Assembly: GCA_963616935.1 (NCBI GenBank)
Contig: CAVEMS010000004.1
Span: 69,459-133,458, forward strand
Length of the DNA stretch: 64,000 nt
Source of the DNA: a bacterium
GTDB taxonomy: Bacteria; Bacillota_I; Bacilli_A; RFN20; CAG-826
Direction of reading: 5' to 3'
A program made the translations under genes and the position numbers. Each line of letters opens with the position of its first letter. Positions within the stretch are counted from its first letter, which is position 1. The notes beneath the pieces are model-generated. The model was not told the DNA's origin and did not search any database. It saw only the letters and a list, made by a program, of their open reading frames with translations. This document shows positions 1 through 9,326 of the stretch, one piece after another.

Positions 1-28
1 CGCTTCGCTTCGACAAATAAGACGAACG

Positions 29-577
29 TTAATGAGTTATCTTCTCGAAAACCGGAGTCGGTTCATTTTCGACGTCGACGCTTGAGATAACGATTGGGGT
101 GATTGGTCTATCGCTACGAGTTTTAGGCTGCTTGGCGATCTTATCCACCACTTCCATACCAGAAACGACTTTCCCGAAAGCGGCATATTGCCCATCAAGG
201 AAATAATCGTCGGCGTCGCAAATGAAGAATTGCGAACCTGCGCTGTTAAAATCCTGGCTTCTGGCCATAGAGATGACGCCTCTCGAATGCCTTAAATGAT
301 TGGGGACCCTATTCACGCTGAATTCGCCTTTTATGGAATATCCTGGGCCACCCATGCCATTACCTAACGGATCTCCACCCTGAATCATGAATCCCTTGAT
401 GATCCTATGGAACGTCAATCCGTTATAAAAACCCTTAGAACAGAGCTCAACGAAATTGGCCGCCGATATTGGGGCGTTCTTATAATCCATTTCCAAAACG
501 ACGTCGCCGTATTCTTCAATATGCAATGTGATCATGCATTCTCTCCTTATATAGACGCGAGAATTATAGCAAAACAA
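29..577 (-). CDS. ppiB: peptidyl-prolyl cis-trans isomerase, cyclophilin type
   Basis: Complete 182-aa ORF. Cyclophilin core motifs FHRIIKGFMIQGGDP and GYSIKGEF are present. Confidence 0.85.
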   Translation of the reverse strand: MFCYNSRVYIRRECMITLHIEEYGDVVLEMDYKNAPISAANFVELCSKGFYNGLTFHRIIKGFMIQGGDPLGNGMGGPGYSIKGEFSVNRVPNHLRHSRGVISMARSQDFNSAGSQFFICDADDYFLDGQYAAFGKVVSGMEVVDKIAKQPKTRSDRPITPIVISSVDVENEPTPVFEKITH

Positions 578-1387
578 ATCAAATAATATCTTCTAAGCGT
601 AAATGTCATAATTATGGCAAAGAGATGGCAAAAATCTATATATTGATATTTTCCATGCGTTTTCCATCAATTTTTCTGAAAATATTTTCTTGAAAAGTCA
701 AAATGTGTTTCCTTCAGCTCTTTGAAAGGCCGCAAAAAGACATTTTTCGCTTATTTAAAGGTCTTACTAGTATAGTTGCATTTCAACAAATATTTTTCTT
801 TTAAACCGATTGTCACCAATTCAATCAAAATATTATGCTTGCCGTTATTGATTGACAAAAACACAAAATAAGATTTTCATTTTTTGATTGACGATATTTA
901 TTACCATCTCATTATGGTTTCAAGTTTTACCTCCGTTAACATGAACAAATCGAAACATTCGAAACGGATAACACCTCTTTGCTAATCGTCATTCCGAAGC
1001 TCGTTTCCGCTTCTTCTAAGCGAGGACGGCCAGAACGGACAATTTCGGCCACCAACACCAATGCTGTTTCATTTTTAAGACAGTCATCTTTAGCAGGACC
1101 ATATCAACCAGAGCCATCTCGTATTTTAGAATCTGTAGTTTCTGCCAAAAAAATAGAATATCAAAGACAAAAACGACTCCGTCCTTCTTCTGAAATCGTA
1201 GAAACCGAACGAAAACCACAGAAGAGCAAAAACAAGATATACAGCCATCCGTTAGGCTAAAAGCCATGCGCAAAGAGGTTAATACCGGTCTCTTTTCTTT
1301 CGTTATTGCCGAGGTTTTGTAGCAGAAAAAATGACGTTATAAATTTTTATTTTCTCAACATCCCCTAATTCACTTCGTCAAGTCTTG

Positions 1388-1780
1388 TCACAAATCTACG
1401 CATTTGATCAAAGAGGTTCCATCAAGATCTGAACCATACCAAGCATCTAAGCTCATTTTGAGAAAATCGATGTCGATGTCTTTTAAAACGTCGTAGCCTC
1501 TATATATCGCAATGAGCTCGCAGATGTCGTCCTTTGTCAAAGACAACTGATAGCCTTCATCGAAAGTGAAAATTATGCAGTGGGTATCGAGGAATTGATA
1601 TGTTTCTCCGCGTTCCTTGCTTTTTGCAGTTTGTTCCGTGTTGATGAGTGTGATTTTCGATATTCTTCGCCTTATTTCTTCGGAGACTAGTTCGACGCCA
1701 TCCGAACCCGATTTCATTTCGCCTTCATACTCTTCGAATTCAATAGAGCTCACGTCGTCCTTGTACTTGAAGTAATCCAT
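1388..1780 (-). CDS. hypothetical protein, possibly a fragment of a disrupted larger gene
   Basis: 130-aa ORF with no recognisable motif. It is in the same frame as the upstream 94-aa ORF, separated only by TAA and TGA stops. Confidence 0.3.
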   Translation of the reverse strand: MDYFKYKDDVSSIEFEEYEGEMKSGSDGVELVSEEIRRRISKITLINTEQTAKSKERGETYQFLDTHCIIFTFDEGYQLSLTKDDICELIAIYRGYDVLKDIDIDFLKMSLDAWYGSDLDGTSLIKCVDL

Positions 1781-1945
1781 CGATTTTAGATAGTCCTTAA
1801 AAGCATATGTTTTACCGTCTATAACAAGATAAACGATCCCATAGGAAGAGGGCTTTCGTGCTTGAACCGCTCATGCACGATGGATTCGATCACTTTTCCT
1901 TTTAAAGTTTTCAATAAATTCATCGTTTCGCTGTTCAATTGATTA

Positions 1946-2230
1946 TTAGTTGTTTTCATATCCATTTTCCTTTCTTTCCAAATGAATCTTATGAAATTTC
2001 AAACCGTAGTTATCGTTCGATCTTCTAACGTTAATCTCTACGGCCGGGCTCACGTCTATAGATGTTATTTCGCTATACACCATTATGGCAGCATCCCTCA
2101 ATTTCGTTCTTGCATCATTGTCTTCCGGCAGTTTCGTTTCTATTCCGCCATAAGCGGCTGTGTCATAGAACTTCTTTGATTCCGAGAGAACATCATCGAC
2201 ATAGATTTCTCGCATTCTACCAATGCCCAT
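1946..2230 (-). CDS. hypothetical protein, possible N-terminal fragment of a disrupted gene
   Basis: 94-aa ORF in the same frame as ORF 1388..1780; see finding. Confidence 0.25.
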   Translation of the reverse strand: MGIGRMREIYVDDVLSESKKFYDTAAYGGIETKLPEDNDARTKLRDAAIMVYSEITSIDVSPAVEINVRRSNDNYGLKFHKIHLERKENGYENN

Positions 2231-2482
2231 CTTCCAAACGTTGCCGAAAAGCCTTCGGGCGATGGAACATACATTTTGCTTGTCTCGGAAAAATTTTCTC
2301 TTAAAGAACGATAGGTTGGCGACCTCCCAATGCTCGCCGAGTTTTCACATCTGTAATTGCGGCCTTCGCCAATGACGAGGCAACAATGAATCGAATGGAA
2401 ACAAATTGCCTTATAATTACGCCTTCGTTAAGTTTGCTTTTCTTGTAAAAGAAAAGTATATTGTCTTGGCGAAAAAACACTT

Positions 2483-3463
2483 ATGGCAATTTTAGATAAG
2501 AAAAAAAAGAAAAAGAAAACACAAGGCTCGGACGAATACATATTGGAAGTGTCGAACCTCGTGAAAAAATACGGAAGCTTCGTCGCAGTCGATGGCATAT
2601 CATTCAAAGTCAAGAAAGGCTCATTATTCGCTTTCTTGGGCTTAAACGGTGCTGGCAAGAGCACCACCATCAACATAATCACTTCGATTTTGGCCAAAAC
2701 CGACGGCGTCGTCAAAGTCGGCGGCTACGACTTGGATCTCCAATCCGAAGAAATCAAATACCTAATTGGTATCGTCTTCCAAAATAGCGTTCTCGACCCT
2801 CTCCTTACTCCGAAAGAGAATCTAAGAATCCGAGCCGGATTCTATGGCATAAAAGGCGAAGAGTGGCGGAAACGCGAAGCCTATTTAAAGGAAATGCTCG
2901 ACTTAGATGCCTTCTATAATAGACCTCTTGGCAAATTGTCCGGCGGGCAGAAAAGGCGAGTCGATATCGCTCGCGCCATGATCCACGATCCAAAGCTCTT
3001 GATACTAGATGAACCGACCACGGGATTAGACCCTCAAACGCGTCTTTCGGTATGGAACTTGGTGAATTCATTAAGAGCCAAAACGGGAATGACCGTCTTT
3101 CTAACGACCCACTATATGGAAGAGGCCGAAAAAGCGACATACGTCGTGATAATGGACAAAGGAAAGATCATCGCAACCGGCACACCGACGGAATTAAAGA
3201 ATGCCTATTCGAGCGACTACATCCTTTTATATGCTCCTTTAAGCGAAGAAATCAGCGATATTCTCGATAAGGAAAGCGTCAAATATTCCTATAACCGCGA
3301 TGGAAAATACTACCGAATCCACGTCAAAGACTCGAATGAAGCCATCGCCTTCTTGAAAAACCATGCCGACATCATCAAGGACTTCGAGGTGGAAAAAGGT
3401 TCGATGGACGACGTTTTCCTAAACGTAACTGGTATCAAAGCCGCAATCGAGGGGGACAAATGA
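2483..3463 (+). CDS. ABC transporter ATP-binding protein (ABC-2 exporter type)
   Basis: Walker A GLNGAGKSTT, ABC signature LSGGQKRRV and Walker B LLILDEPT are present. The stop overlaps the next gene by 4 bp (ATGA). The N-terminus has an odd lysine run encoded by an A8/A5/A4 tract, so the start is uncertain. Confidence 0.85.
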   Translation: MAILDKKKKKKKTQGSDEYILEVSNLVKKYGSFVAVDGISFKVKKGSLFAFLGLNGAGKSTTINIITSILAKTDGVVKVGGYDLDLQSEEIKYLIGIVFQNSVLDPLLTPKENLRIRAGFYGIKGEEWRKREAYLKEMLDLDAFYNRPLGKLSGGQKRRVDIARAMIHDPKLLILDEPTTGLDPQTRLSVWNLVNSLRAKTGMTVFLTTHYMEEAEKATYVVIMDKGKIIATGTPTELKNAYSSDYILLYAPLSEEISDILDKESVKYSYNRDGKYYRIHVKDSNEAIAFLKNHADIIKDFEVEKGSMDDVFLNVTGIKAAIEGDK

Positions 3464-4506
3464 TGGAACAAGTCATAAAGAAAAGTCATAATCAATTGTC
3501 CGCGTTCGTGGCTTTGACGAGACGTCATCTCAAAGTCTTCTTCAAGAATATCCCGACCGTCATCTTCACGATGATGGTGCCTTTGACAATCTTTGCCGTT
3601 TACCTGGTCTTTTTGCGCCAAGTCCAATTGGGACAAATCCAAAACTTCTATAGCGGTTACTCGTCCTTGTCCCTAGAGATGCAAAACAAAATATCCGCGT
3701 TGGCGGATAGTTGGATGATCTCCGGCGTCTTAGGAGTGAGTTGCGTCACTGTATCGATGAATTGCCAATACATCATGGTCAAAGACAAAGAGAACATGCT
3801 TAATCGTGATATGATTAGTTCTCCGATAAATCCGAACGTCATAATGTTTAGCTATTTCACCTTCAACATAATCGTGACGTTCTTAATTAACCTATTGGTT
3901 TTCTTTATCTCCCTAATCGTCCTCGTTTGCTATGGCGCATATCTGATATCCATTTTGGATTTCTTCGCGCTCATCGGCGTTTTGCTCTATAGCACGATAA
4001 CCTCGGCCCTTTTCTCTTTCCTAATTGCTAGCTTTGTGAACACCGAAGCGGTCATGTCCCCAATCATCGCCATATGCTGCGCGGCCATCGGCTTCCTTAT
4101 CGGTGCCTATTTGCCAAACAACATGATGCCCTCTTACATAAATAACCTTACCGGCTTCTTCCCCGGCACCTATAGCGTGGGCCTCTTCAGAAACTTCTTG
4201 ATGCATGGCCAAGTCGAACAGATATTGGCTAGCGAGGCGATCTCCGATTCCAGCTCGCTCATATCGGCGTTAGGCGAGCAATTCGACATCTTCCAAAACG
4301 AAGCCGGCGGAGTCTATGTCTCCGTTTCCTTCTTCGGGCTTCCGATCAATTCTGGGAATATGGTTCTCGCAATGTTCATCTTCATCGTCATTTTCTTAGT
4401 CGCCGACCTCATCGTCTTGCACTTCAAAAAATTCTGCGCGTTGAATAAAACTGCGCTAAAGAAAGTCAAAAAAGAAATCGAAGAGAAAATAGAAGAAAAC
4501 GATTAG
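3460..4506 (+). CDS. ABC-2 family transporter permease
   Basis: 348-aa protein with about 6 predicted TM segments, translationally coupled to the upstream ABC ATPase. Confidence 0.7.
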   Translation: MMEQVIKKSHNQLSAFVALTRRHLKVFFKNIPTVIFTMMVPLTIFAVYLVFLRQVQLGQIQNFYSGYSSLSLEMQNKISALADSWMISGVLGVSCVTVSMNCQYIMVKDKENMLNRDMISSPINPNVIMFSYFTFNIIVTFLINLLVFFISLIVLVCYGAYLISILDFFALIGVLLYSTITSALFSFLIASFVNTEAVMSPIIAICCAAIGFLIGAYLPNNMMPSYINNLTGFFPGTYSVGLFRNFLMHGQVEQILASEAISDSSSLISALGEQFDIFQNEAGGVYVSVSFFGLPINSGNMVLAMFIFIVIFLVADLIVLHFKKFCALNKTALKKVKKEIEEKIEEND

Positions 4507-4569
4507 CATCAATCCGAACGTCTCTAAATAAACGATTAAAGAACAAGGCTTCGATGTCACAAACGTTTT

Positions 4570-5781
4570 TTAGGAATTTTCGACGTCGCCGAGAAGCCAG
4601 TCGAGCGCATTGATCCTTCTTATTCCGCCATAATCTATTTCCGGATCCTCGTCCATGGTCAGAATGAATTTCGGATAATGGTCATTTATGTTTCGCAAAG
4701 GCTTTAATTCCCTTTCCAGCGTTTTAGGGTCTCTAACCGTCATCGAAACTTGGAAATATGCGGTTTTTTTGTTATTCGTCGCAACGAAATCAACTTCCAT
4801 ATCATCGCTTTTGCCAACATAGACATCATAGCCTCTACGCAACAATTCCAAATATACGACGTTTTCCAAGATATGCCCGACGTCTATCGAACGAAAACCC
4901 AGCAATGCGTATCTTAAACCGATATCAACCACATAGTATTTCTCTAAGGTTTTTAAATATTGTTTCCCCTTTATGTTATAGCGATTCACTTTATACAGAA
5001 TAAAGCTTTCGGTCAGCCCGCTTATGAATTTCTCAACGGTTTTCACATCGATTTTCCTTCCATCGGAAGTCATCGCGTCGGCTATCCTCTTGGTGGACAA
5101 GGGACTTCCGATATTATCGAACATAAACCTGGTGACGCTTTCGAACATGGGGATATCAGATATTTTCTTTCTGGTAACGATGTCCTTCACGATAACAGTA
5201 TTGTAAATGGCATCGAGATACGACTTGATTTCGGCCGTTTGGTTTCTTAATTCGAGCGTATAAGGGAAAGAACTGTTTTCGATATAGTCAATATACTTCC
5301 TCGAAAGGTCTTTTTTGTCGCCTGTCGTCGAAACATATTCTGCGAAAGAAAGGGGAAGCATCGAGATTTCGACATATCGACCCGACAAAAGCGTCGCTAT
5401 CTCACCTGAGAGCATATAGGCATTCGAGCCGGTAATATAAATATCGACGTTATTTCTTATGAACAAACTATCAATGACCCTCGGAAAATCCTCTACATGC
5501 TGGATTTCATCGAGAAATATGTAGTTTTGCCCATCGAGCGCTAGTCTACTTTTTATGTAATCATGTAGCCTATCAGGCTTTCGCAAATCGTAAAAATCAT
5601 AATCTTCGAAATTGACGGAAATTATGTTTTTTTCGTTAACGCCAGACCGCAACAGATAATCTTTAAAAATCTCCATCATAGTGGATTTTCCGCATCTTCT
5701 TACCCCGGTAATCACTTTTATGATTTTTTTATCCTTGAGCGAGATCAATTTATCCAAATACTCTTTTCTTTTTATAACCAT
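4570..5781 (-). CDS. AAA+ ATPase with C-terminal DUF4143-like domain (ATP-binding protein)
   Basis: N-terminal P-loop GVRRCGKST and a length and architecture typical of the AAA_14+DUF4143 family. RBS GGAGAG lies upstream of the ATG. Confidence 0.75.
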   Translation of the reverse strand: MVIKRKEYLDKLISLKDKKIIKVITGVRRCGKSTMMEIFKDYLLRSGVNEKNIISVNFEDYDFYDLRKPDRLHDYIKSRLALDGQNYIFLDEIQHVEDFPRVIDSLFIRNNVDIYITGSNAYMLSGEIATLLSGRYVEISMLPLSFAEYVSTTGDKKDLSRKYIDYIENSSFPYTLELRNQTAEIKSYLDAIYNTVIVKDIVTRKKISDIPMFESVTRFMFDNIGSPLSTKRIADAMTSDGRKIDVKTVEKFISGLTESFILYKVNRYNIKGKQYLKTLEKYYVVDIGLRYALLGFRSIDVGHILENVVYLELLRRGYDVYVGKSDDMEVDFVATNNKKTAYFQVSMTVRDPKTLERELKPLRNINDHYPKFILTMDEDPEIDYGGIRRINALDWLLGDVENS

Positions 5782-5834
5782 GAATCTCTCCTATGAGGCT
5801 AAGTGTATTTCATACAATAACTTTATATTTGTCA

Positions 5835-5903
5835 ATACTTTTTGGAATCAAATCCAAAAACTTGTCATTTTCAGATACTTTTTGGAATCAAATCCAAAAA
5901 CTT
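5835..5903. promoter_or_regulatory. two tandem 29-bp direct repeats, each containing the palindrome TTTTTGGA-ATCAAA-TCCAAAAA (putative operator pair)
   Basis: Seen directly: ATACTTTTTGGAATCAAATCCAAAAACTT at 5835-5863 and again at 5875-5903, with a 40-bp period. It sits in the promoter region of the DUF4143 ATPase gene, whose start is at 5781 on the minus strand. Confidence 0.5.
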
Positions 5904-5990
5904 TTGATGCGGCAGCAATCTCGTTTTGGCCGTTCCTCGGATCAAAGGACACGAAAAAAGGCATCCGATTCCAATCTTATTTTCGTTTCG

Positions 5991-6851
5991 TTATCTATTC
6001 TTCGAATTCCTTATCATATTTATATAAGAAGGGATGGCCGACTCGAAGTCTGGCCCATATAAAAGTCCGTTTTTCCCGTTCGCATTAGTTATTCCGATTG
6101 CCTCATGCACGTAATCGTGAGCGGTTTGAATAGCGGTTTCAAAAGACAGATCATTAGACAAAGCGCCGACAAAGGCGCTGGCGAAAAGGTCTCCCGTGCC
6201 ATGGAAGCGCCCAGGATGACATGGGGTTTTGTACGATCCGGATACGTCTTCGTCTATATACCTATCCTCTATTTCCCCATTCTCGTTTTCTAGTCCGCTT
6301 ACGATGACTTTCCTAGGCCCTAACGAAGAGATGTCGCTTAATAGTTTTTCGCAAAAGCAATATGGGATGCCTTTCGTTTCCTTAGGGAAAGGGAGAGAGG
6401 CGAGCAAACACGCTTCGGTGAGATTCGGGATTGCGATATCAGAAATCTGAATAAGTTTCCTCATCCATTCGACGTGTTCGCTAGAAAACCCCGGATAGAG
6501 TTTTCCATTATCCGCCATCGCTGGATCAACTATCACAATGGTGTTTTCCTTCTTGAATCGCTTAATGATATCGATGACAATCGGGATTTGCTTAGTTGAC
6601 AAATAGCCGGTGTAGATATAGTCGAAACTATCACAATACCCCTTCCATTTCTCGACTGTTTTCATCATTTCGTCGGTAAGATCGTGGAAGGTCCAAGACG
6701 GGAAAGCCGTATGATTCGATAGGACGGCCGTAGGGATGGCGACGGTTTCAAGCCCAGCCGCGCTTAAAGTCGGGATGGCGACGGTCAAGGAACAACGACC
6801 AAAACAACTGAAATCCTGAATGGTGAGAACTCTTTTTTCCATTTTACTCAT
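5991..6851 (-). CDS. pdxK: pyridoxal/pyridoxine/pyridoxamine kinase (PdxK/PdxY family)
   Basis: 286-aa protein with N-terminal FSCFGRCSLTVAIPTLSAAG, typical of the ribokinase-like PdxK family. It overlaps the 3' end of the LysR gene by 8 bp. Confidence 0.65.
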   Translation of the reverse strand: MSKMEKRVLTIQDFSCFGRCSLTVAIPTLSAAGLETVAIPTAVLSNHTAFPSWTFHDLTDEMMKTVEKWKGYCDSFDYIYTGYLSTKQIPIVIDIIKRFKKENTIVIVDPAMADNGKLYPGFSSEHVEWMRKLIQISDIAIPNLTEACLLASLPFPKETKGIPYCFCEKLLSDISSLGPRKVIVSGLENENGEIEDRYIDEDVSGSYKTPCHPGRFHGTGDLFASAFVGALSNDLSFETAIQTAHDYVHEAIGITNANGKNGLLYGPDFESAIPSYINMIRNSKNR

Positions 6852-7743
6852 TCCCTTTCTTAACCATTTGATAGGTGCTATAGATGACGTCCAATATGTT
6901 CGCGTATCCGAATGTCTTCTTATAGACGATATTCGTCTCGCGGATCATGCTTAGGTTTTCAATCGGAAGCGCGACTATCTTATTCTTTTTTATTTCGTCT
7001 AGACAAGCGCTTCGAGCGAGAATCGATATCCCGAGGTTTTGTCTGACTAGCGTCTTGATGGTATCGATGTTATCGACTTCGAGGATGATGTTGAAGTCGC
7101 TTGCCGATTGGTTTATCGACACCAAAGTGCTTTCGAATTGCATGCGGGTCGCGCTGTCAGGGAGGCGAAGAATCATCTTCTCCCTCTTCAGATCCTCGAC
7201 CGTTAAAGCGGATTTCTTCGCAAGTTCGTTCTCTTTGGATAAGATGCAAACGAGCGAATCGGTATCTAAAAGCAAGGAATTGAATCGCTCAGGATTGGCC
7301 CGGTCTTCCAAAATCGCCATATCGATCTCGTAATTGTCCAACATTTCATAAAGTTTTTTTATGGTTTCAGTAATAACCGTTATGTTCATATTCTCCATAA
7401 GGGTGCTTACTTTAGCTAGTACCGTCATCATGATGTTGCTTTCCGATGTATGAGTTATGCCGATCCTTAAATTCGTGATGTGATGTTCCTTATCGCTTAC
7501 GGATGAGGTCATTTTGCTATATATGCCGATTATCTTTTTTGCGAAATCCACCGCAATTCGGCCTTCTTCCGTCAAAATAACGTCATTTCTGTTACGAATT
7601 ACGAGCTTTGCTTTCAATTCGTTCTCCAGCTGTTGGATATGATGCGACACCGCCGGTTGAGTCAAGGAAAGGGCTTCGGCGGTTTTGGTGAAGCTCTTTT
7701 TCTCACTTAGCGTCACTAACGTTATCAGTTTGCTGTCTATCAT
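6844..7743 (-). CDS. LysR-family transcriptional regulator
   Basis: N-terminal HTH LSEKKSFTKTAEALSLTQPAVSHHIQQLE. The likely start is MIDSKL at 7743, which has an AGGAGA RBS; the track ORF extends to 7782. Confidence 0.8.
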   Translation of the reverse strand: MIDSKLITLVTLSEKKSFTKTAEALSLTQPAVSHHIQQLENELKAKLVIRNRNDVILTEEGRIAVDFAKKIIGIYSKMTSSVSDKEHHITNLRIGITHTSESNIMMTVLAKVSTLMENMNITVITETIKKLYEMLDNYEIDMAILEDRANPERFNSLLLDTDSLVCILSKENELAKKSALTVEDLKREKMILRLPDSATRMQFESTLVSINQSASDFNIILEVDNIDTIKTLVRQNLGISILARSACLDEIKKNKIVALPIENLSMIRETNIVYKKTFGYANILDVIYSTYQMVKKGNE

Positions 7744-7772
7744 AGGTGATCTCCTATAAATAATTTTTATCG

Positions 7773-7793
7773 TTATTAACAAAACAATAATAA
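7773..7793. promoter_or_regulatory. LysR-type binding-site candidate: inverted repeat TTATTA-N9-TAATAA
   Basis: It lies in the 129-bp divergent intergenic region between the LysR gene and the antiporter gene and fits the T-N11-A architecture. Confidence 0.3.
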
Positions 7794-7872
7794 ATGGTTA
7801 TTATTAATTCGTCTAGACTAATGGATACGCCGAAAAAGATTCTTTTTCGACGAAGCAAGAAAGGAGAGAAGC

Positions 7873-9315
7873 ATGAAATCGATTTACGAAGTCCTAAACA
7901 TCACTTCCGACGTCAGTATCGCCATCATTTCGATCGCCATCATGCTTTTCGCCGGTTTCTTGTTGACCAGAATCACCAAACTTCTCCGTTTGCCTAACGT
8001 AACCGCTTATATCATCGCGGGCATTATCATCGGACCCTATTGCTTGAAACTCGTCCCCGACAGTTTCGTCGAAGGAAGTTCCTTCTTGGCTGATATTGCC
8101 TTGGCGTTCATCGCCTTTAGCACCGGCGAATTCTTCCATTTGGGAGCCCTAAAGAAAAACGGCATCAAATCCTTTGTCATAACCCTCTTTGAAGCGGTTT
8201 TGACGAGCCTTTTGGTGTTTTTCATCTCCTATTTCGCGCTCAAACTCGATCTCGCCTTCGCGCTTATCTTAAGCACTTTGGCGGCCACCACCGCCAGCGC
8301 ATCGACCTTGATGACGATCAGGCAAACCGGAGCAAAAGGAGATTTCGTCGATACGTTGTTACTTGTCATAGCCATCGACAATGTCATCGGCTTAATCGCC
8401 TATAGTATCACGATATCTATCGCCACCGCCTCTTCTAGCGGGGCCCTCGACGCCATAAGCATCCTTAAGCCAATAGGCCTTAACCTAGCGGGTCTTCTTG
8501 TTGGCGGTCTCTTTGGATTCCTGATGAAACTATTGATGCCAAAGAAACGCTCGACCGATAACCGTCTTATCATCTCGATTGCCGTCCTCTTCGCCTTTTG
8601 TGGGTTATGCTCCCTTTTCGATGTCTCACCTCTCCTTGGCTGCATGGCCATGAGCACCGTATATATCAACGTCACCAACGACGACAAGATCTTCAAACAA
8701 CTCAATTACTTCTCCCCTCCGATACTGCTCCTTTTCTTCGTGCGTTCCGGAGTCTCTTTCGATTTAGGCGCCCTCTTCTCTTCTTCAAGCGTTGGCGCCA
8801 CCCCGATATTCGTCATCAGCATCGTCTATTTCTTCGTAAGAATCGCCGGCAAATACGGCGGGGCTTATTTGGGGTCGTTAGTCACTAAGAAAAAGAAAGA
8901 AGTACGAAATTACCTCGGTTTCGCCCTCGTCCCTCAAGCGGGCGTCGCGATTGGATTGGCCGCATTAGGGGCGAGAAGCATCGGTGGAAGCGAAGGAGCG
9001 GCGCTAAATACGATAATCCTAGCAACTAGCATCCTCTATGAGTTAGTCGGACCGGCGTTAGCGAAAATGTCGCTATATCTATCAAAATCATATGCGAACA
9101 ACGAAGAAACGAACGCTCAAGAAACAGTCAAAACGACCGAGGAAGAGAAAGCGAAGGAAAGGATAAACGCTTTGATAAGCGAGATAAAAGAGATACAGGA
9201 AACGATGCCAGAACGTGGCAACAGCGTGATGTCCGATGAAGAAAAAGCCTTCATCGAAGCCAGCGAAGACCTCTATTATGGCGGAGTGAACAATCAAAAA
9301 TATCGAAAGATGTAA
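7873..9315 (+). CDS. cation:proton antiporter (CPA/Kef-type Na+/H+ or K+/H+ exchanger) with C-terminal soluble extension
   Basis: 480-aa protein with 10-12 TM helices and N-terminal IIAGIIIGPYCL typical of sodium/hydrogen exchanger family proteins. Good RBS AAGGAGAG. Confidence 0.7.
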   Translation: MKSIYEVLNITSDVSIAIISIAIMLFAGFLLTRITKLLRLPNVTAYIIAGIIIGPYCLKLVPDSFVEGSSFLADIALAFIAFSTGEFFHLGALKKNGIKSFVITLFEAVLTSLLVFFISYFALKLDLAFALILSTLAATTASASTLMTIRQTGAKGDFVDTLLLVIAIDNVIGLIAYSITISIATASSSGALDAISILKPIGLNLAGLLVGGLFGFLMKLLMPKKRSTDNRLIISIAVLFAFCGLCSLFDVSPLLGCMAMSTVYINVTNDDKIFKQLNYFSPPILLLFFVRSGVSFDLGALFSSSSVGATPIFVISIVYFFVRIAGKYGGAYLGSLVTKKKKEVRNYLGFALVPQAGVAIGLAALGARSIGGSEGAALNTIILATSILYELVGPALAKMSLYLSKSYANNEETNAQETVKTTEEEKAKERINALISEIKEIQETMPERGNSVMSDEEKAFIEASEDLYYGGVNNQKYRKM

Positions 9316-9326
9316 AGGAGAGAAAT

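Noticed and set aside
979-1260. A 93-aa ORF starting with TTG
   Set aside because: Low-complexity Ser/Arg/Lys-rich translation, no RBS, and overlap with an antisense ORF of equal length. This is typical of non-coding AT-rich DNA.
600-1387. Known structured RNAs (tmRNA, RNase P RNA, SRP RNA, 6S)
   Set aside because: I scanned by eye for hallmark motifs (the tmRNA 3' end GGTTCGAxTCC...CCA, RNase P AGGAAAGTCC, SRP GAAGGAAGCAGCC) and found none.
1781-1945. Alternative genetic code (TGA read as Trp, as in Mycoplasma) joining ORFs 1388..1780 and 1946..2230
   Set aside because: Many ORFs of more than 700 codons in the window contain no in-frame TGA and Trp is encoded by TGG, so TGA is a genuine stop here. 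In addition, a TAA stop also separates the two ORFs.
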